Positions 1 through 9,813 of a stretch of DNA of 64,000 bases are shown here, one piece after another. Position 1 is the stretch's first letter; the number at the start of each line of letters is the position of its first letter. Where the stretch lies: the NCBI GenBank assembly GCA_050295955.1, contig JBNKQQ010000083.1, forward strand, positions 10,219-74,218, written 5' to 3'. This DNA comes from Thiohalomonadales bacterium. GTDB taxonomy: Bacteria > Pseudomonadota > Gammaproteobacteria > RBG-16-57-12. A model generated the notes under the pieces. That model was not told the origin of the DNA. It worked only from the letters and a program-made list of their open reading frames with translations, and ran no database searches. The position numbers and the translations under genes were made by a program.

Positions 1-1248
1 TTGGTTTGGTATGACCTCAATTACCCGCACCTCCGCTTGGACAGAATTCGCAGCAATTTGTATCTGGTGTGATTGAATGGGATCCATATGGATATTTTGA
101 TCATCACTTTGATAAGCGCGTGCCTCAGCGGCTTTTTCCAAGGCATCAATCGTAATGGCCTTACCACTCTTGAATACCTGTGTAACCTTAAAACCCATCT
201 GCCAATTGTTTTGCTGGTTAAGTGATATCAGACAGAAATCTGCTTGATAACCTGGCGCAATAGCACCTCGGTCATTTAAGCCATAGATTTGCGCAGGCGC
301 GAAACTGGCAATACGGAAGATCTCTTCGGGCTTATGCCCTGCTTGCAAAGCAAGATTCAGAATGTAGTTAATGTGACCCTGTGCAGCGATATCCGCAGGG
401 TTGCGATCATCACTACATAGACTGAGCACGGATGACGTGTAAGCATTCAGCATTGGCAATAAGGTTTCCGCATTCTTGGCGCAAGAGCCTTCACGAATCA
501 ATACGTGTATCCCTTTACTAAGCTTTTCCTGAGCCTCCTTCAATGACGTAGATTCGTGGCAGCTATGAATCCCCGCGACACCATAAGCATTGAGATCTTT
601 ACCTGATAGTCCCGGACAATGGCCATCACGCTTCATGTCCGCGAAGCTGACCAGTTTATCCATTACATCCTGCTCACCGTGTAGCAAACCGGGAAAATTC
701 ATCATCTCTGCCAGCCCCAAAACGCGGGGATGATTACGAAAACCTTCGATATCAGCGGACTTTAACTCTGCACCACTGGACTCCAGCTGCATCTCTGGCG
801 TAGTGGATGGCACACAACTGGGGACCATCACAAATACATCCAAATCCAGGCCTTCTGAGGCATCCAACGCCCATTGGATACCCTCAGTCCCTTTCACATT
901 GGCAATCTCATGAGGGTCCCAAATAATGGAAGTGGTACCACAAGGCAGCACCGCCTGTTGAAAACGGGCTGGGGTCATCAGGCTGGACTCAACATGCACA
1001 TGGGAATCAATAAACCCCGGCACCAAAAACATACCGTTGCCATCAATAACTTGCTCCGCCTGGTACTCCTCGATAATCCCAACAATCTGGCCATTCTTAA
1101 CCGCTACATCACCTGCAATAAACTGCCCAGAGAAAACATCCAGGAATTTAACATTCTTGATTACCAAGTCAGCCTTATCGACGCCTCTGGCTGCATTAAT
1201 AGCTTGCTTGAGCTGGGCAGTATCTTGGAAGCGGGCTTTGGATTTCAT
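1..1248 (-). CDS. ade: Adenine deaminase, N-terminal ~416 aa; the 3' end runs off the window edge
   Basis: I translated the minus strand by hand. ATG is at 1248 with a GGAG RBS. Motifs VPGFIDSHVHVESS, DPHEIANVKG, GLAEMMNFPG and DGHCPGLSGKDLNAY match E. coli Ade. The ORF is absent from the track because it has no in-window stop. Confidence 0.8.
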   Translation of the reverse strand, partial: MKSKARFQDTAQLKQAINAARGVDKADLVIKNVKFLDVFSGQFIAGDVAVKNGQIVGIIEEYQAEQVIDGNGMFLVPGFIDSHVHVESSLMTPARFQQAVLPCGTTSIIWDPHEIANVKGTEGIQWALDASEGLDLDVFVMVPSCVPSTTPEMQLESSGAELKSADIEGFRNHPRVLGLAEMMNFPGLLHGEQDVMDKLVSFADMKRDGHCPGLSGKDLNAYGVAGIHSCHESTSLKEAQEKLSKGIHVLIREGSCAKNAETLLPMLNAYTSSVLSLCSDDRNPADIAAQGHINYILNLALQAGHKPEEIFRIASFAPAQIYGLNDRGAIAPGYQADFCLISLNQQNNWQMGFKVTQVFKSGKAITIDALEKAAEARAYQSDDQNIHMDPIQSHQIQIAANSVQAEVRVIEVIPNQ

Positions 1249-1330
1249 GGAGGACTCCTATGGTGGTAATCCTTAAAGAATAGCGGTAATTTGTAATAAC
1301 TCCTAGCGAGAGAAAATACAAAAAAGAAGT

Positions 1331-1429
1331 ATATTGATGGACAATTTTTTATTTGTTTTGTGTAGGAGCCTGCTTGCAGGCGATTTATTACTCAAGCTAT
1401 CGCCTGCAAGCAGGCTCCTACATCAATAT
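1331..1429. repeat. Inverted REP pair with outer inverted flanks (BIME-like palindromic unit) just upstream of the RAYT gene
   Basis: gtaggagcctgcttgcaggcgat at 1362-1384 and its exact reverse complement at 1399-1421. Outer atattgatg / catcaatat arms. The same REP recurs at 56975-57182. Confidence 0.75.
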
Positions 1430-1456
1430 AAAATATGATAGGGTTATTTTTCCAGG

Positions 1457-1909
1457 ATGGAAAAGGAGTCTACTATGGCAGAAGGGTACCGCCTAAGGAG
1501 AGGTCGCGTCTCGATACCCAACCAAATCTACAGCATAACTACGGTTACCAAAAATAGAGTACCCATTTTTCAGGACTTTTATCGAGCTAGAAAAGCGGTA
1601 CGTATCATTAAACGGCAGCACGATTCAGCATATTTTGATTGCCTCTGTTTTGTTGTCATGCCGGATCATCTACATCTGCTTATCCAGCTAAAAGAAACAA
1701 TCACTCTTGAAAAATCAGTTCAGCAAACTAAGGCGCTTATAAGTCAGCATTTGGGAATGCCTATTTGGCAGAAAGGTTTTTACGATAGAGCGATTCGTAA
1801 AGATGAGGATATTAAAGCTATTGCTCGTTATATCGTCGCTAATCCGCTACGTGCCGGTTTGGTGGGGAGTGTAAGAAAATATCCTCATTGGGATTGTATT
1901 TGGTTATAG
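1457..1909 (+). CDS. REP-associated tyrosine transposase (RAYT, IS200/IS605-like Y1 HUH transposase)
   Basis: HLHLL HUH motif, conserved Y near the C-terminus, ~150 aa. Overall similarity to E. coli RayT/YafM. The REP pair is immediately 5'. Confidence 0.8.
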   Translation: MEKESTMAEGYRLRRGRVSIPNQIYSITTVTKNRVPIFQDFYRARKAVRIIKRQHDSAYFDCLCFVVMPDHLHLLIQLKETITLEKSVQQTKALISQHLGMPIWQKGFYDRAIRKDEDIKAIARYIVANPLRAGLVGSVRKYPHWDCIWL

Positions 1910-2024
1910 GCGCCTTAAGGTCAGTGATCAGCATAAAGGTTGATGAGGTACTTGTGTATTAATTCCGCATCATCCCCCGCAATCAGGTAAAATCCCTCTT
2001 TTGCAACTCCAAAACGAGAGCAAC

Positions 2025-2888
2025 ATGGCGGTAAATTGGTATCCGGGCCATATGCATAAGGCTCAGAAAGAGATGAAGAAGGTGATGCCCAGCGTCGATC
2101 TTGTGATCGAGGTGATGGATGCGCGTATCCCCTATAGTAGTGAAAACCCGACGGTTTCCCGGTTACGGGAAAGTCGTCCCTGTATCAAAATCCTGAATAA
2201 AGAGGATTTGGCTGATCCCGCGGTGACCAAGCAGTGGCTGGCCTATTTTGAACAGGAGAAGGGGGTGAAGGCGATTGCTATGAGCTGTAATCAGCCTAAG
2301 CTGGTGCGGGGCAAGGTGATTGATCTGGCTCGCAAATTGTTACCTCACCGTAATGACGAGTTTCTCAAGCCAATCCGCGCTATGGTGATGGGAATTCCCA
2401 ATGTGGGAAAATCCACACTTATCAACGCATTGGCAGGAAAAAATATCGCCAAAGTGGGGGATGAGCCTGCCGTGACCAAGGCGCAGCAGAAGATTCATCT
2501 GGAGGGTGGAATTGTGCTCTCCGATACCCCTGGGATTCTCTGGCCACGAATGGGTAGTGAGGATTTCGGTTATCGCTTGGCAGTGTGTGGTTCGATCAAA
2601 AACACGGCGATTGAGTATGAAGATGTCGCCCTTTACGCTGCAGAGTATTTTCTTAAGGCCTATCCTGATGCGATCCGTGAACGCTATAAGTTGAAGCAAT
2701 TACCAGCAAATGATATTGCTTTACTTGAGGAGATCGGCCGTAAGCGTGGGGGCTTGCGCCCTGGTGGTCATATAGATCTACATAAGGCATCTGAGGTATT
2801 ACTGCACGATTTTCGCAGTGGGGCCATTGGTCGTCTGAGCCTGGAGACGCCAGCGATGATTCCGCAAAATGAGGCGGATGAAGAGTAA
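2025..2888 (+). CDS. rbgA: Ribosome biogenesis GTPase A (YlqF/RbgA)
   Basis: WYPGHM N-terminus. Circularly permuted GTPase motifs: NKEDL before GIPNVGKSTLIN, then DTPG. The track start at 2001 is probably upstream of the true ATG at 2025. Confidence 0.8.
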   Translation: MAVNWYPGHMHKAQKEMKKVMPSVDLVIEVMDARIPYSSENPTVSRLRESRPCIKILNKEDLADPAVTKQWLAYFEQEKGVKAIAMSCNQPKLVRGKVIDLARKLLPHRNDEFLKPIRAMVMGIPNVGKSTLINALAGKNIAKVGDEPAVTKAQQKIHLEGGIVLSDTPGILWPRMGSEDFGYRLAVCGSIKNTAIEYEDVALYAAEYFLKAYPDAIRERYKLKQLPANDIALLEEIGRKRGGLRPGGHIDLHKASEVLLHDFRSGAIGRLSLETPAMIPQNEADEE

Positions 2889-2915
2889 TGACAATATTTA
2901 TTATTGAGAGAGAAC

Positions 2916-3755
2916 ATGGCAGAAGCAGGTCAGTTTAATACCCTGAAGGTGGTTAAGGCGGTACCGTTTGGCCTCTATCTGGATGGTGGCGAGTGGGGCG
3001 AGATACTGCTGCCCAACAAGTTTGTGCCGCAGGGTACCCAGGTGGGGGATGAGGTAAGGGTCTTTCTCTATTTTGACTCAGAAGATGAGATTATTGCCAC
3101 CACTCAGCGACCCCGAGCGCGCTTGGGGCAGTTTGCCTATCTACAGGTGGTGGATATTAGCCGTCACGGCGCTTTTCTGGATTGGGGATTAGATAAGGAT
3201 TTGCTCTGCCCTAAAGGGGAGCAGCGTCGCCCGATGGAGAAAGACAAATCCTATATCGTTTATCTTAAACAGGATGGGGAAGGGCGTATCGTCGCCAGCT
3301 CCAAGATCGATCGCTTCCTGGATAAATATCGTTCGCGGGTGATGCCTGGGGATGAAGTGAGCCTGCTGATTGCCGAGAGTACCGAGTTGGGCAATAAAGT
3401 AATTATCAATGATGCCTACTGGGGGCTTATTCATAAGGCCGACATCTTCCAGGCACTCCGCTATGGTAAGCGGGTGAAGGGGTATATCAAGGCTGTACGG
3501 GAAGATGGTAAGATCGATGTAACACTGCGCAAAAAAGGTAAAGACAGAATCAGCGAATTGGCTGAACGTATCCTTGAAGAGCTAGAGAAAAAAGGTGGCT
3601 TTCTCCCTTTGCATGATAAGAGTGGTGCGGAGGAGATCAAGCGGGCCTTTGGCGAGAGTAAAAAGAGCTTTAAGAGCGCCATTGGTTACCTTTATAAGCA
3701 GAAGTTGATTACTATTGAAGAGAAGGGTGTACGCTTGGATAGGGGGAAATCATGA
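2916..3755 (+). CDS. S1-like RNA-binding protein, CvfB/YitL family
   Basis: Repeated S1-like segments and C-terminal winged-helix-like region typical of CvfB. The track start is a TTG at 2904. ATG at 2916 preferred. Confidence 0.6.
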   Translation: MAEAGQFNTLKVVKAVPFGLYLDGGEWGEILLPNKFVPQGTQVGDEVRVFLYFDSEDEIIATTQRPRARLGQFAYLQVVDISRHGAFLDWGLDKDLLCPKGEQRRPMEKDKSYIVYLKQDGEGRIVASSKIDRFLDKYRSRVMPGDEVSLLIAESTELGNKVIINDAYWGLIHKADIFQALRYGKRVKGYIKAVREDGKIDVTLRKKGKDRISELAERILEELEKKGGFLPLHDKSGAEEIKRAFGESKKSFKSAIGYLYKQKLITIEEKGVRLDRGKS

Positions 3756-4093
3756 AGATCTATATGCTGGCAGAGCAGAATGAACTCGATGAGATTGCTG
3801 CTGCTTTGGTGGAGCAGATCGAGAGTTGGTTACAGGCCAACCCGGGCCCATGTCAGTTAGTCTCCCCCGGCGATGAAGCTTTTGAAGTGGGACTGATACT
3901 GGAGACCAGTAAAAAAATCGCTTTGAAAGAGCCGGTGAACTTCCTTTATACCTTGGCCAAGGAGTATAAAGCAGAGTTTGTAGTAGGGATGATTAACGAG
4001 GATGGCAGTCGCGAAGATGTCTGCTTCTTCGGGTTCGAAGAGGGGCGGCCAGATATCAACGAGATTGGTCAGTATTTGGGCTTGAAGCGTTAG
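3752..4093 (+). CDS. Hypothetical protein (113 aa), translationally coupled to the upstream gene (ATGA overlap)
   Basis: ORF with 4-nt overlap to cvfB-like gene. No recognisable motif. Confidence 0.45.
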   Translation: MKIYMLAEQNELDEIAAALVEQIESWLQANPGPCQLVSPGDEAFEVGLILETSKKIALKEPVNFLYTLAKEYKAEFVVGMINEDGSREDVCFFGFEEGRPDINEIGQYLGLKR

Positions 4094-4183
4094 TCATCAG
4101 CGTTGTTGATTGGAGAATCTTATGGGGCCGGAATCAAGTTTAGGACGACAAGGTGTAGGAAAAAGGCGGTTCCAAGGGCTTGG

Positions 4184-4927
4184 TTAGCCATTCAGGCGCT
4201 GGATGTAGCGCATCCGCTTCCAAGCCAGTAGGTTGCGGTGTTTGTAAACCCACAGACAGCCTAGATCAAACAGAAAGTAGAACAGCGCGATGCCGATAGG
4301 TGGATTGCCACTGGGCATCCACTCAAAGACCCCAAACCATACCGCTGGCCACTGCCAGCAGCCGAAGTAAGTTCCCACTAACTCCAGATAGGCAACAATG
4401 CAGAACATTACCAGGTAGAAGGTACGATTCTCGCCACTGGCTCGATAAAAGGCCAAAAAGCCGAGAAAGCAGCAGAGACCAAACCAGTCGTTTTGGGTGA
4501 GCCACCAGAAGATGACCAAGCCGCTTGCCAGACTAAGTAACAATGGTTGTAGCGGATTCAGCTGTTTGATTCTGGGGCTACGCATCAGCAGATAGACGGA
4601 AGCGTAAACCACCGAATGCCCCAGGAAAACATAGAGTGGAATATTGCCCAGGCGATACTCATACATCCCCAAAATCAGTGAGAACAGTGTTTCACCAAAC
4701 ATGGCGATAGGGATGCCATAGAGCATCAGCTTGCGTAATCGTTGTGTCGCCTGGCGATAGATAAACAGGAAGAAGGTGAGGCAGATGCCGTTGGCCATCC
4801 ATTGGTTGTAGGTCACACGCTCACTAAGCCACTGACTATCCACCGCAAAGATGGTGGGGATGAACAGCAGAAAGATGGGAAAAACCCAATGGCTAAGTTG
4901 TTTTGGCTGTGAGCAGTTTTCCATCAT
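4184..4927 (-). CDS. Polytopic integral membrane protein of unknown function
   Basis: 247 aa with about 7 hydrophobic helices, W/F/Y rich. Confidence 0.55.
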   Translation of the reverse strand: MMENCSQPKQLSHWVFPIFLLFIPTIFAVDSQWLSERVTYNQWMANGICLTFFLFIYRQATQRLRKLMLYGIPIAMFGETLFSLILGMYEYRLGNIPLYVFLGHSVVYASVYLLMRSPRIKQLNPLQPLLLSLASGLVIFWWLTQNDWFGLCCFLGFLAFYRASGENRTFYLVMFCIVAYLELVGTYFGCWQWPAVWFGVFEWMPSGNPPIGIALFYFLFDLGCLWVYKHRNLLAWKRMRYIQRLNG

Positions 4928-5085
4928 TTTTGCGGTCTAGCTGATTTTTGTTAAGTGCCTGCAGGAGGCTTCTAGGATAGGATTGCTTATCCTACCACGC
5001 TCCATTATCCAGCACAGCTATTATCCAACCCCTCAATTGGTTATAATGCAGCCTATTTTTTCGTCATCTAACCAAAGGTTTTTTC

Positions 5086-6678
5086 ATGCTGACCACCGCC
5101 AATATCACCATGCAGTTTGGTGCCAAACCCCTTTTTGAAGATATCTCCGTCAAGTTTGGCGATGGTAATCGTTACGGCCTGATTGGTGCCAATGGTTGCG
5201 GTAAATCAACACTGATGAAGATTCTGGGCGGCGATCTGGAGCCTTCTGCCGGTAATGTCTCCCTGACCCCTAATGAGCGCTTGGGTAAGCTGAAACAGGA
5301 TCAGTTCGCGTATGAAGAGTACACGGTGCTGGATACGGTGATTATGGGGCACGCGGAACTGTGGGCGGTGAAGCAGGAGCGGGATCGTATCTACTCGCTA
5401 CCGGAGATGACGGAAGAGGATGGCATCAAGGTAGCCGAGCTGGAGGTGGAATTCGCAGAGATGGATGGCTATACCGCTGAATCTCGAGCGGGTGAGCTGC
5501 TGCTGGGGGTGGGGATTCCCATTGAGCAGCATGCTGGCCTGATGAAAGAGGTGGCGCCGGGTTGGAAGCTGCGTGTATTGCTGGCTCAGGCACTATTCTC
5601 TGATCCTGACATTCTTCTGCTGGACGAGCCCACCAATAACCTGGATATTAATACTATCCGTTGGTTGGAAGGGGTGTTGAACCAGCGTAACTCCACCATG
5701 ATTATCATCTCCCACGATCGTCACTTCTTGAACAGTGTCTGCACCCATATGGCGGATTTGGATTATGGTGAGCTGCGTATTTATCCCGGGAATTACGATG
5801 ACTATATGATCGCCTCGACCCAAGCCAGAGAGCGTCTGTTGTCAGACAATGCCAAGAAGAAGGCGCAGATTGCTGAACTACAGCAGTTTGTTAGCCGCTT
5901 CTCTGCCAATGCCTCTAAGGCAAAACAGGCCACCTCCCGTGCGAAGCAGATTGATAAGATCCAGCTGGAAGAGGTGAAGCCATCCAGCCGTGTTAATCCC
6001 TTTATCCGTTTTGATCAGGAGAAGAAGTTGCATCGCCTAGCTGTCGAGGTGACTGATCTGGCGAAAAGTTTTGATGATGAGACCCTGTTTAATAACCTCA
6101 ACCTGATGGTAGAGGCGGGTGAGCGTATTGCTATCATTGGACCTAATGGTATCGGTAAAACCACACTGTTGCGCTGCTTGGCCAGTGATCTGGAGAGTGA
6201 TAGCGGTGAGGTAAAGTGGGCCGAGAATGCCCAAGTAGGCTATTTTGCTCAGGATCATGCGGCGGATTTTGCTGAAGATAAAAATCTCACTGAATGGATG
6301 GTTCAGTGGAGCAAGGATGGGGATGATGATCAGGTGATTCGTGGGACCTTAGGCCGTATGCTATTTGGTCGTGATGAGCTGAATAAATCCGTGAAGGTGC
6401 TTTCCGGTGGTGAACAAGGGCGTATGCTGTTTGGTAAATTGATCCTGCAAAAGCCCAATGTCCTGCTAATGGATGAACCTACCAACCACTTGGATATGGA
6501 GTCTATTGAATCATTGAATATGGCACTGGAAAATTATCCTGGCACCTTGTTGTTTGTCAGCCACGACCGGGAGTTTGTCTCATCTATCGCGACGCGGATT
6601 ATTGAAATGTCGCCAGATGGTGTGAGGGACTTCCATGGCAGTTACGATGACTATCTGCGTAGCCAGGGCATCGAATAG
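5086..6678 (+). CDS. ybiT: ABC-F family ATPase YbiT (two ABC ATPase domains, no TMD)
   Basis: 530 aa. Near colinear with the E. coli YbiT N-terminus ([42 protein letters not shown]...). Two Walker A motifs and LSGG signatures. Confidence 0.85.
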   Translation: MLTTANITMQFGAKPLFEDISVKFGDGNRYGLIGANGCGKSTLMKILGGDLEPSAGNVSLTPNERLGKLKQDQFAYEEYTVLDTVIMGHAELWAVKQERDRIYSLPEMTEEDGIKVAELEVEFAEMDGYTAESRAGELLLGVGIPIEQHAGLMKEVAPGWKLRVLLAQALFSDPDILLLDEPTNNLDINTIRWLEGVLNQRNSTMIIISHDRHFLNSVCTHMADLDYGELRIYPGNYDDYMIASTQARERLLSDNAKKKAQIAELQQFVSRFSANASKAKQATSRAKQIDKIQLEEVKPSSRVNPFIRFDQEKKLHRLAVEVTDLAKSFDDETLFNNLNLMVEAGERIAIIGPNGIGKTTLLRCLASDLESDSGEVKWAENAQVGYFAQDHAADFAEDKNLTEWMVQWSKDGDDDQVIRGTLGRMLFGRDELNKSVKVLSGGEQGRMLFGKLILQKPNVLLMDEPTNHLDMESIESLNMALENYPGTLLFVSHDREFVSSIATRIIEMSPDGVRDFHGSYDDYLRSQGIE

Positions 6679-6683
6679 GCTGA

Positions 6684-6724
6684 TAAAACAAACCCCGCTT
6701 GAGCGGGGTTTGTTGTTTTTGTTT
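6684..6724. terminator. Bidirectional rho-independent terminator between convergent ybiT and cytochrome c4
   Basis: aaccccgc-ttga-gcggggtt hairpin flanked by an A-run and a T-run. Confidence 0.7.
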
Positions 6725-6740
6725 GAGGAATTTTTCGTGT

Positions 6741-7343
6741 CTAGCGAGTGCTGAGATAAGCCGCCAGGGCTTCGAAATCTTCATCTGACATCATGCCAGT
6801 GATCATGTTCATCATATAGCCTTTTTCACTACGACGTATTCCTCCACGAAACTCGGCCATCTCTTTGACAAAGTAGGTGGTACTTAGCCCGATGACCATG
6901 GGGGAGACAACGCCTTCCGCATTGATGGTGCCTTTACCATCTACACCATGGCAAAAGTGGCATTTATAGGTACCGGTGTAGATTCTTTCACCCTCTTCGA
7001 TTAAGGCTTTATTGTTGTTTCGATAGCGTGCACGGGGCAACGTGCCATAGTAGGCTGCGACATCTTCAATTTTTTTCGGGTCGCTGATTAACATGGCCAG
7101 GCCATGCATTACGCTATCGTTTTGGTCTTCTTGGCGGAATTCCTTAATGCGACTGATGATATATTCAGGGATTTGCCCAGCGAGATTGGGGACCTCTGGA
7201 CTTGGACTGATTCCCGCATCTCCATGACAGGATACGCAGCTTTTGGCGACCTCTTTACCTGCGACGGGATCGCCTCCCGCAATAGCAAGGTGGCTGAAAG
7301 CAAGGCTAAGTGTGATTGCTAGTGCAAATTTCTTCTTAGTCAT
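6741..7343 (-). CDS. Diheme cytochrome c4
   Basis: Signal peptide and two CxxCH motifs (CVSCH, CHFCH), ~200 aa. Confidence 0.8.
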   Translation of the reverse strand: MTKKKFALAITLSLAFSHLAIAGGDPVAGKEVAKSCVSCHGDAGISPSPEVPNLAGQIPEYIISRIKEFRQEDQNDSVMHGLAMLISDPKKIEDVAAYYGTLPRARYRNNNKALIEEGERIYTGTYKCHFCHGVDGKGTINAEGVVSPMVIGLSTTYFVKEMAEFRGGIRRSEKGYMMNMITGMMSDEDFEALAAYLSTR

Positions 7344-7414
7344 AATGGGTATCTGTCCTAATTATTTTTGCTGATGATTATGCCTAAATATCCTGAAACA
7401 ACAAGAGGCTATTT

Positions 7415-7942
7415 TCACCTGATTGGTGTGGTATCCAGTTCTCCATCGAGTCCCAGCTGTTCACAATACTCGGTAAACTGGAGCTTGAGCTCATCGACGC
7501 TTTTCGTGCTGTTATTTTGTAGCTCAATATCCAGAGAAAACATTGGGCTGCCAGTATGAGGGGCTGGATAGGTATCGGTTTCCAGTGACTGTATGTTTAG
7601 CTGCTGCTGGGAAAAGAACTCGGTGACTTTGTGTACAATACCTGGGTGATCCAGTGCTTCAACATGGGCATGCAGTAGCGGTGTCGTGACAGATGCGGGT
7701 TGAGTAAGTTTGCTGGTGATGGTGAGCCCCATCGTTTGTGACAGCGATGGTAAATGGGATTGCAGTTGCTCAATGGCCTCTTTACCGCTGACTACTAATA
7801 GCATCAGTGCAAATTCACCGCCAAGGATACTCATTCGGCTCTCCTCGATATTACCTCCTTGGTCGAGTATTGCCTTGGATATACGCTCGACGATACCTGG
7901 ACGGTCTTGCCCCAGTGCACTGATTACAAGGTATTGATTCAC
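7415..7942 (-). CDS. gcvR: ACT-domain regulatory protein, glycine cleavage system repressor GcvR-like
   Basis: YLVISALGQDRPGIV and second ACT repeat DHPGIVHKVTEFF parallel E. coli GcvR (HYLVITALGADRPGIV). Confidence 0.65.
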   Translation of the reverse strand: MNQYLVISALGQDRPGIVERISKAILDQGGNIEESRMSILGGEFALMLLVVSGKEAIEQLQSHLPSLSQTMGLTITSKLTQPASVTTPLLHAHVEALDHPGIVHKVTEFFSQQQLNIQSLETDTYPAPHTGSPMFSLDIELQNNSTKSVDELKLQFTEYCEQLGLDGELDTTPIR

Positions 7943-7996
7943 GTTGCCATTCCATTCGTTGATTGCAGTTACTGTAAGGGATTGCCGTTGTGGAAT

Positions 7997-8974
7997 TCAA
8001 CCTTTTGAAATTAAACCCTCTTTCCCGAAGATCACTTCCACTCTCAAGAGAAAGCCCCAGTTGTCTTTAAAATTATTCTCACGATCAAAGGAGACGCGAG
8101 GAGAGAGTTCGTAAAATAACCATTCACGATGAATACGTTTACGATAGCGGATATCCAGAATATAGCTATCCACTTCATTACCGTGGTAGTCGCTGCCGTT
8201 AATACCCAAGGTATAGGCGAGACCCCGCCGTAGATCTAATTTTCGATATAGTGAGATATTTTGACTCCATAGGTAAGCTTGAAGTTCATCCCACCAAGTA
8301 CCGGTTGTGGAAAAGCGTAGCAGCCGTTGCTTTGCTAAGGGATGTTCGATATCCAGTATGCTGCGAGCGCCTGCTCCCGTGGATTTGAATTCAAATAGTG
8401 TCTGGGTAAAGCGTACCTGAAGGGAAGAGAACTGCCACTCTTTACGTCCCCTGACTCGTATAAATGGGTCTATCGGTGTATGCAGTTTAACACCCACATC
8501 GGTACTAAGCCGCCATGCCTCTGTCTCTTTAAGAATGGCTTCCAGCACGGCAGATTGCTGATTATCACCAGTGGGGTTTTCAATGGCAGAGTTTTCTTGT
8601 TCCTGCTGAGTGCTTTGAGTCTCTTCAGGGGTACTTTCAACGGTAAAGCGCAAACGTTCCTTGCTGTGGGGCATGATTAGCTTGGCACGAAAAGTCTGTT
8701 TAAAATCGACGACACCTCCCTCCTGAAAAAGAGTATCCAGTGAGAGGCGGAAGGTGCTCTTATTGGACTCTAATTCGCTACGCTCATCAGCAAAAAAGTT
8801 GTCGATAGTTCGTGGGAGGTAAAGTAGACCTTCACTAATGTAATCGTGGGTGGTGTTGAGTGTGCTGGAAAAGTAAAGGCTGTCCTCTTCTTCGGTGACA
8901 ACCGCCTCCGTTGCGACGGCATTAAGCGGTAGCAGTAGGAGGAGTACAGCCTTTAAGAAAATAGGTACCTTCAT
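7997..8974 (-). CDS. Secreted or outer-membrane-associated hypothetical protein
   Basis: N-terminal signal peptide. 325 aa. Amphipathic beta-like C-terminal segments ending in F. No known motif. Confidence 0.5.
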   Translation of the reverse strand: MKVPIFLKAVLLLLLPLNAVATEAVVTEEEDSLYFSSTLNTTHDYISEGLLYLPRTIDNFFADERSELESNKSTFRLSLDTLFQEGGVVDFKQTFRAKLIMPHSKERLRFTVESTPEETQSTQQEQENSAIENPTGDNQQSAVLEAILKETEAWRLSTDVGVKLHTPIDPFIRVRGRKEWQFSSLQVRFTQTLFEFKSTGAGARSILDIEHPLAKQRLLRFSTTGTWWDELQAYLWSQNISLYRKLDLRRGLAYTLGINGSDYHGNEVDSYILDIRYRKRIHREWLFYELSPRVSFDRENNFKDNWGFLLRVEVIFGKEGLISKG

Positions 8975-9006
8975 TTCGCCTTTATCGGCCGAAATGAAGG
9001 CGAGGA

Positions 9007-9813
9007 TTAGTGGTGATGGTGCTGAGAAGCATCTGGTGGCTGAGGTGCCTGCACTTCGGGAGCATGATGGTGTGACTCCATCTCCTGTTGCTGTGGCGAA
9101 GGGGTGGCCATCTCCATTACATGAGAGGCGTGCGCATTGCCATTGTCGTGACTGTGATCGCCATGGAGAAGGTGGCGGGTGGCGGTGAAAATCGCTAGGA
9201 TAATCAGGGCAATGGCCGCAACCTTAAGCAGAATACCACGAAGCTGCGGTGTCAGTTTCCGCATCAGATAGGGCGTGGCAAGCATTGATGGGATAGTTCC
9301 CAGACCAAAGGCAAACATGATCAGAGCCCCTTGCTCCAGGCTATTTGCTGTCAGGCTTAGCGCCAGAGCGGCATACACCAGTCCACAAGGAAGCAAGCCG
9401 TTCAGCCAACCCACCATCAACCAGGGGACCAAGCTCTCCTGCTGATGGGCTTGCTTGCTCCAACGTCCTAAGCCGCTGATACGCATGATGGTTGCAGTAA
9501 AGCGGCTCAGTGGATCGGGTAGCCAGCCTCCTAGATTCAGGGCAAACAGCACCATGACCGCTGCGGCGAAATAGCTCAACCAGACCTGTATATTCTGCAT
9601 CTCCCCACCGTGCAGGCTAAGTCCGATTGCGGCAATCAGTACGCCCAATAATACATAGCTGCTGACGCGAGCACCTTGATAGGCAATCAGCCCTGGCCAC
9701 CAGAGTTTTTCACGACTCATGGTGATGGCACTGACTAGGCCGCCACACATGCCAATGCAGTGCAGGCTGCCGAGAAGTCCGATGGTAAAGGCGCTGGCGA
9801 GCAGGCTATCCAC
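9007..9813 (-). CDS. DsbD_2/UreH-like polytopic membrane protein with His-rich C-terminal tail (possible Ni/Co or metal handling)
   Basis: LGSLHCIGMCGG motif characteristic of the UreH-like/DsbD_2 transmembrane family. C-terminus HGDHSHDNGNAHASH...HHHH. Confidence 0.55.
   Translation of the reverse strand: MDSLLASAFTIGLLGSLHCIGMCGGLVSAITMSREKLWWPGLIAYQGARVSSYVLLGVLIAAIGLSLHGGEMQNIQVWLSYFAAAVMVLFALNLGGWLPDPLSRFTATIMRISGLGRWSKQAHQQESLVPWLMVGWLNGLLPCGLVYAALALSLTANSLEQGALIMFAFGLGTIPSMLATPYLMRKLTPQLRGILLKVAAIALIILAIFTATRHLLHGDHSHDNGNAHASHVMEMATPSPQQQEMESHHHAPEVQAPQPPDASQHHHH

Noticed and set aside
874-1276. Plus-strand ORFs of 131 and 79 aa at the window start
   Set aside because: Both overlap the adenine deaminase gene encoded on the minus strand (1-1248), which has clear family motifs.
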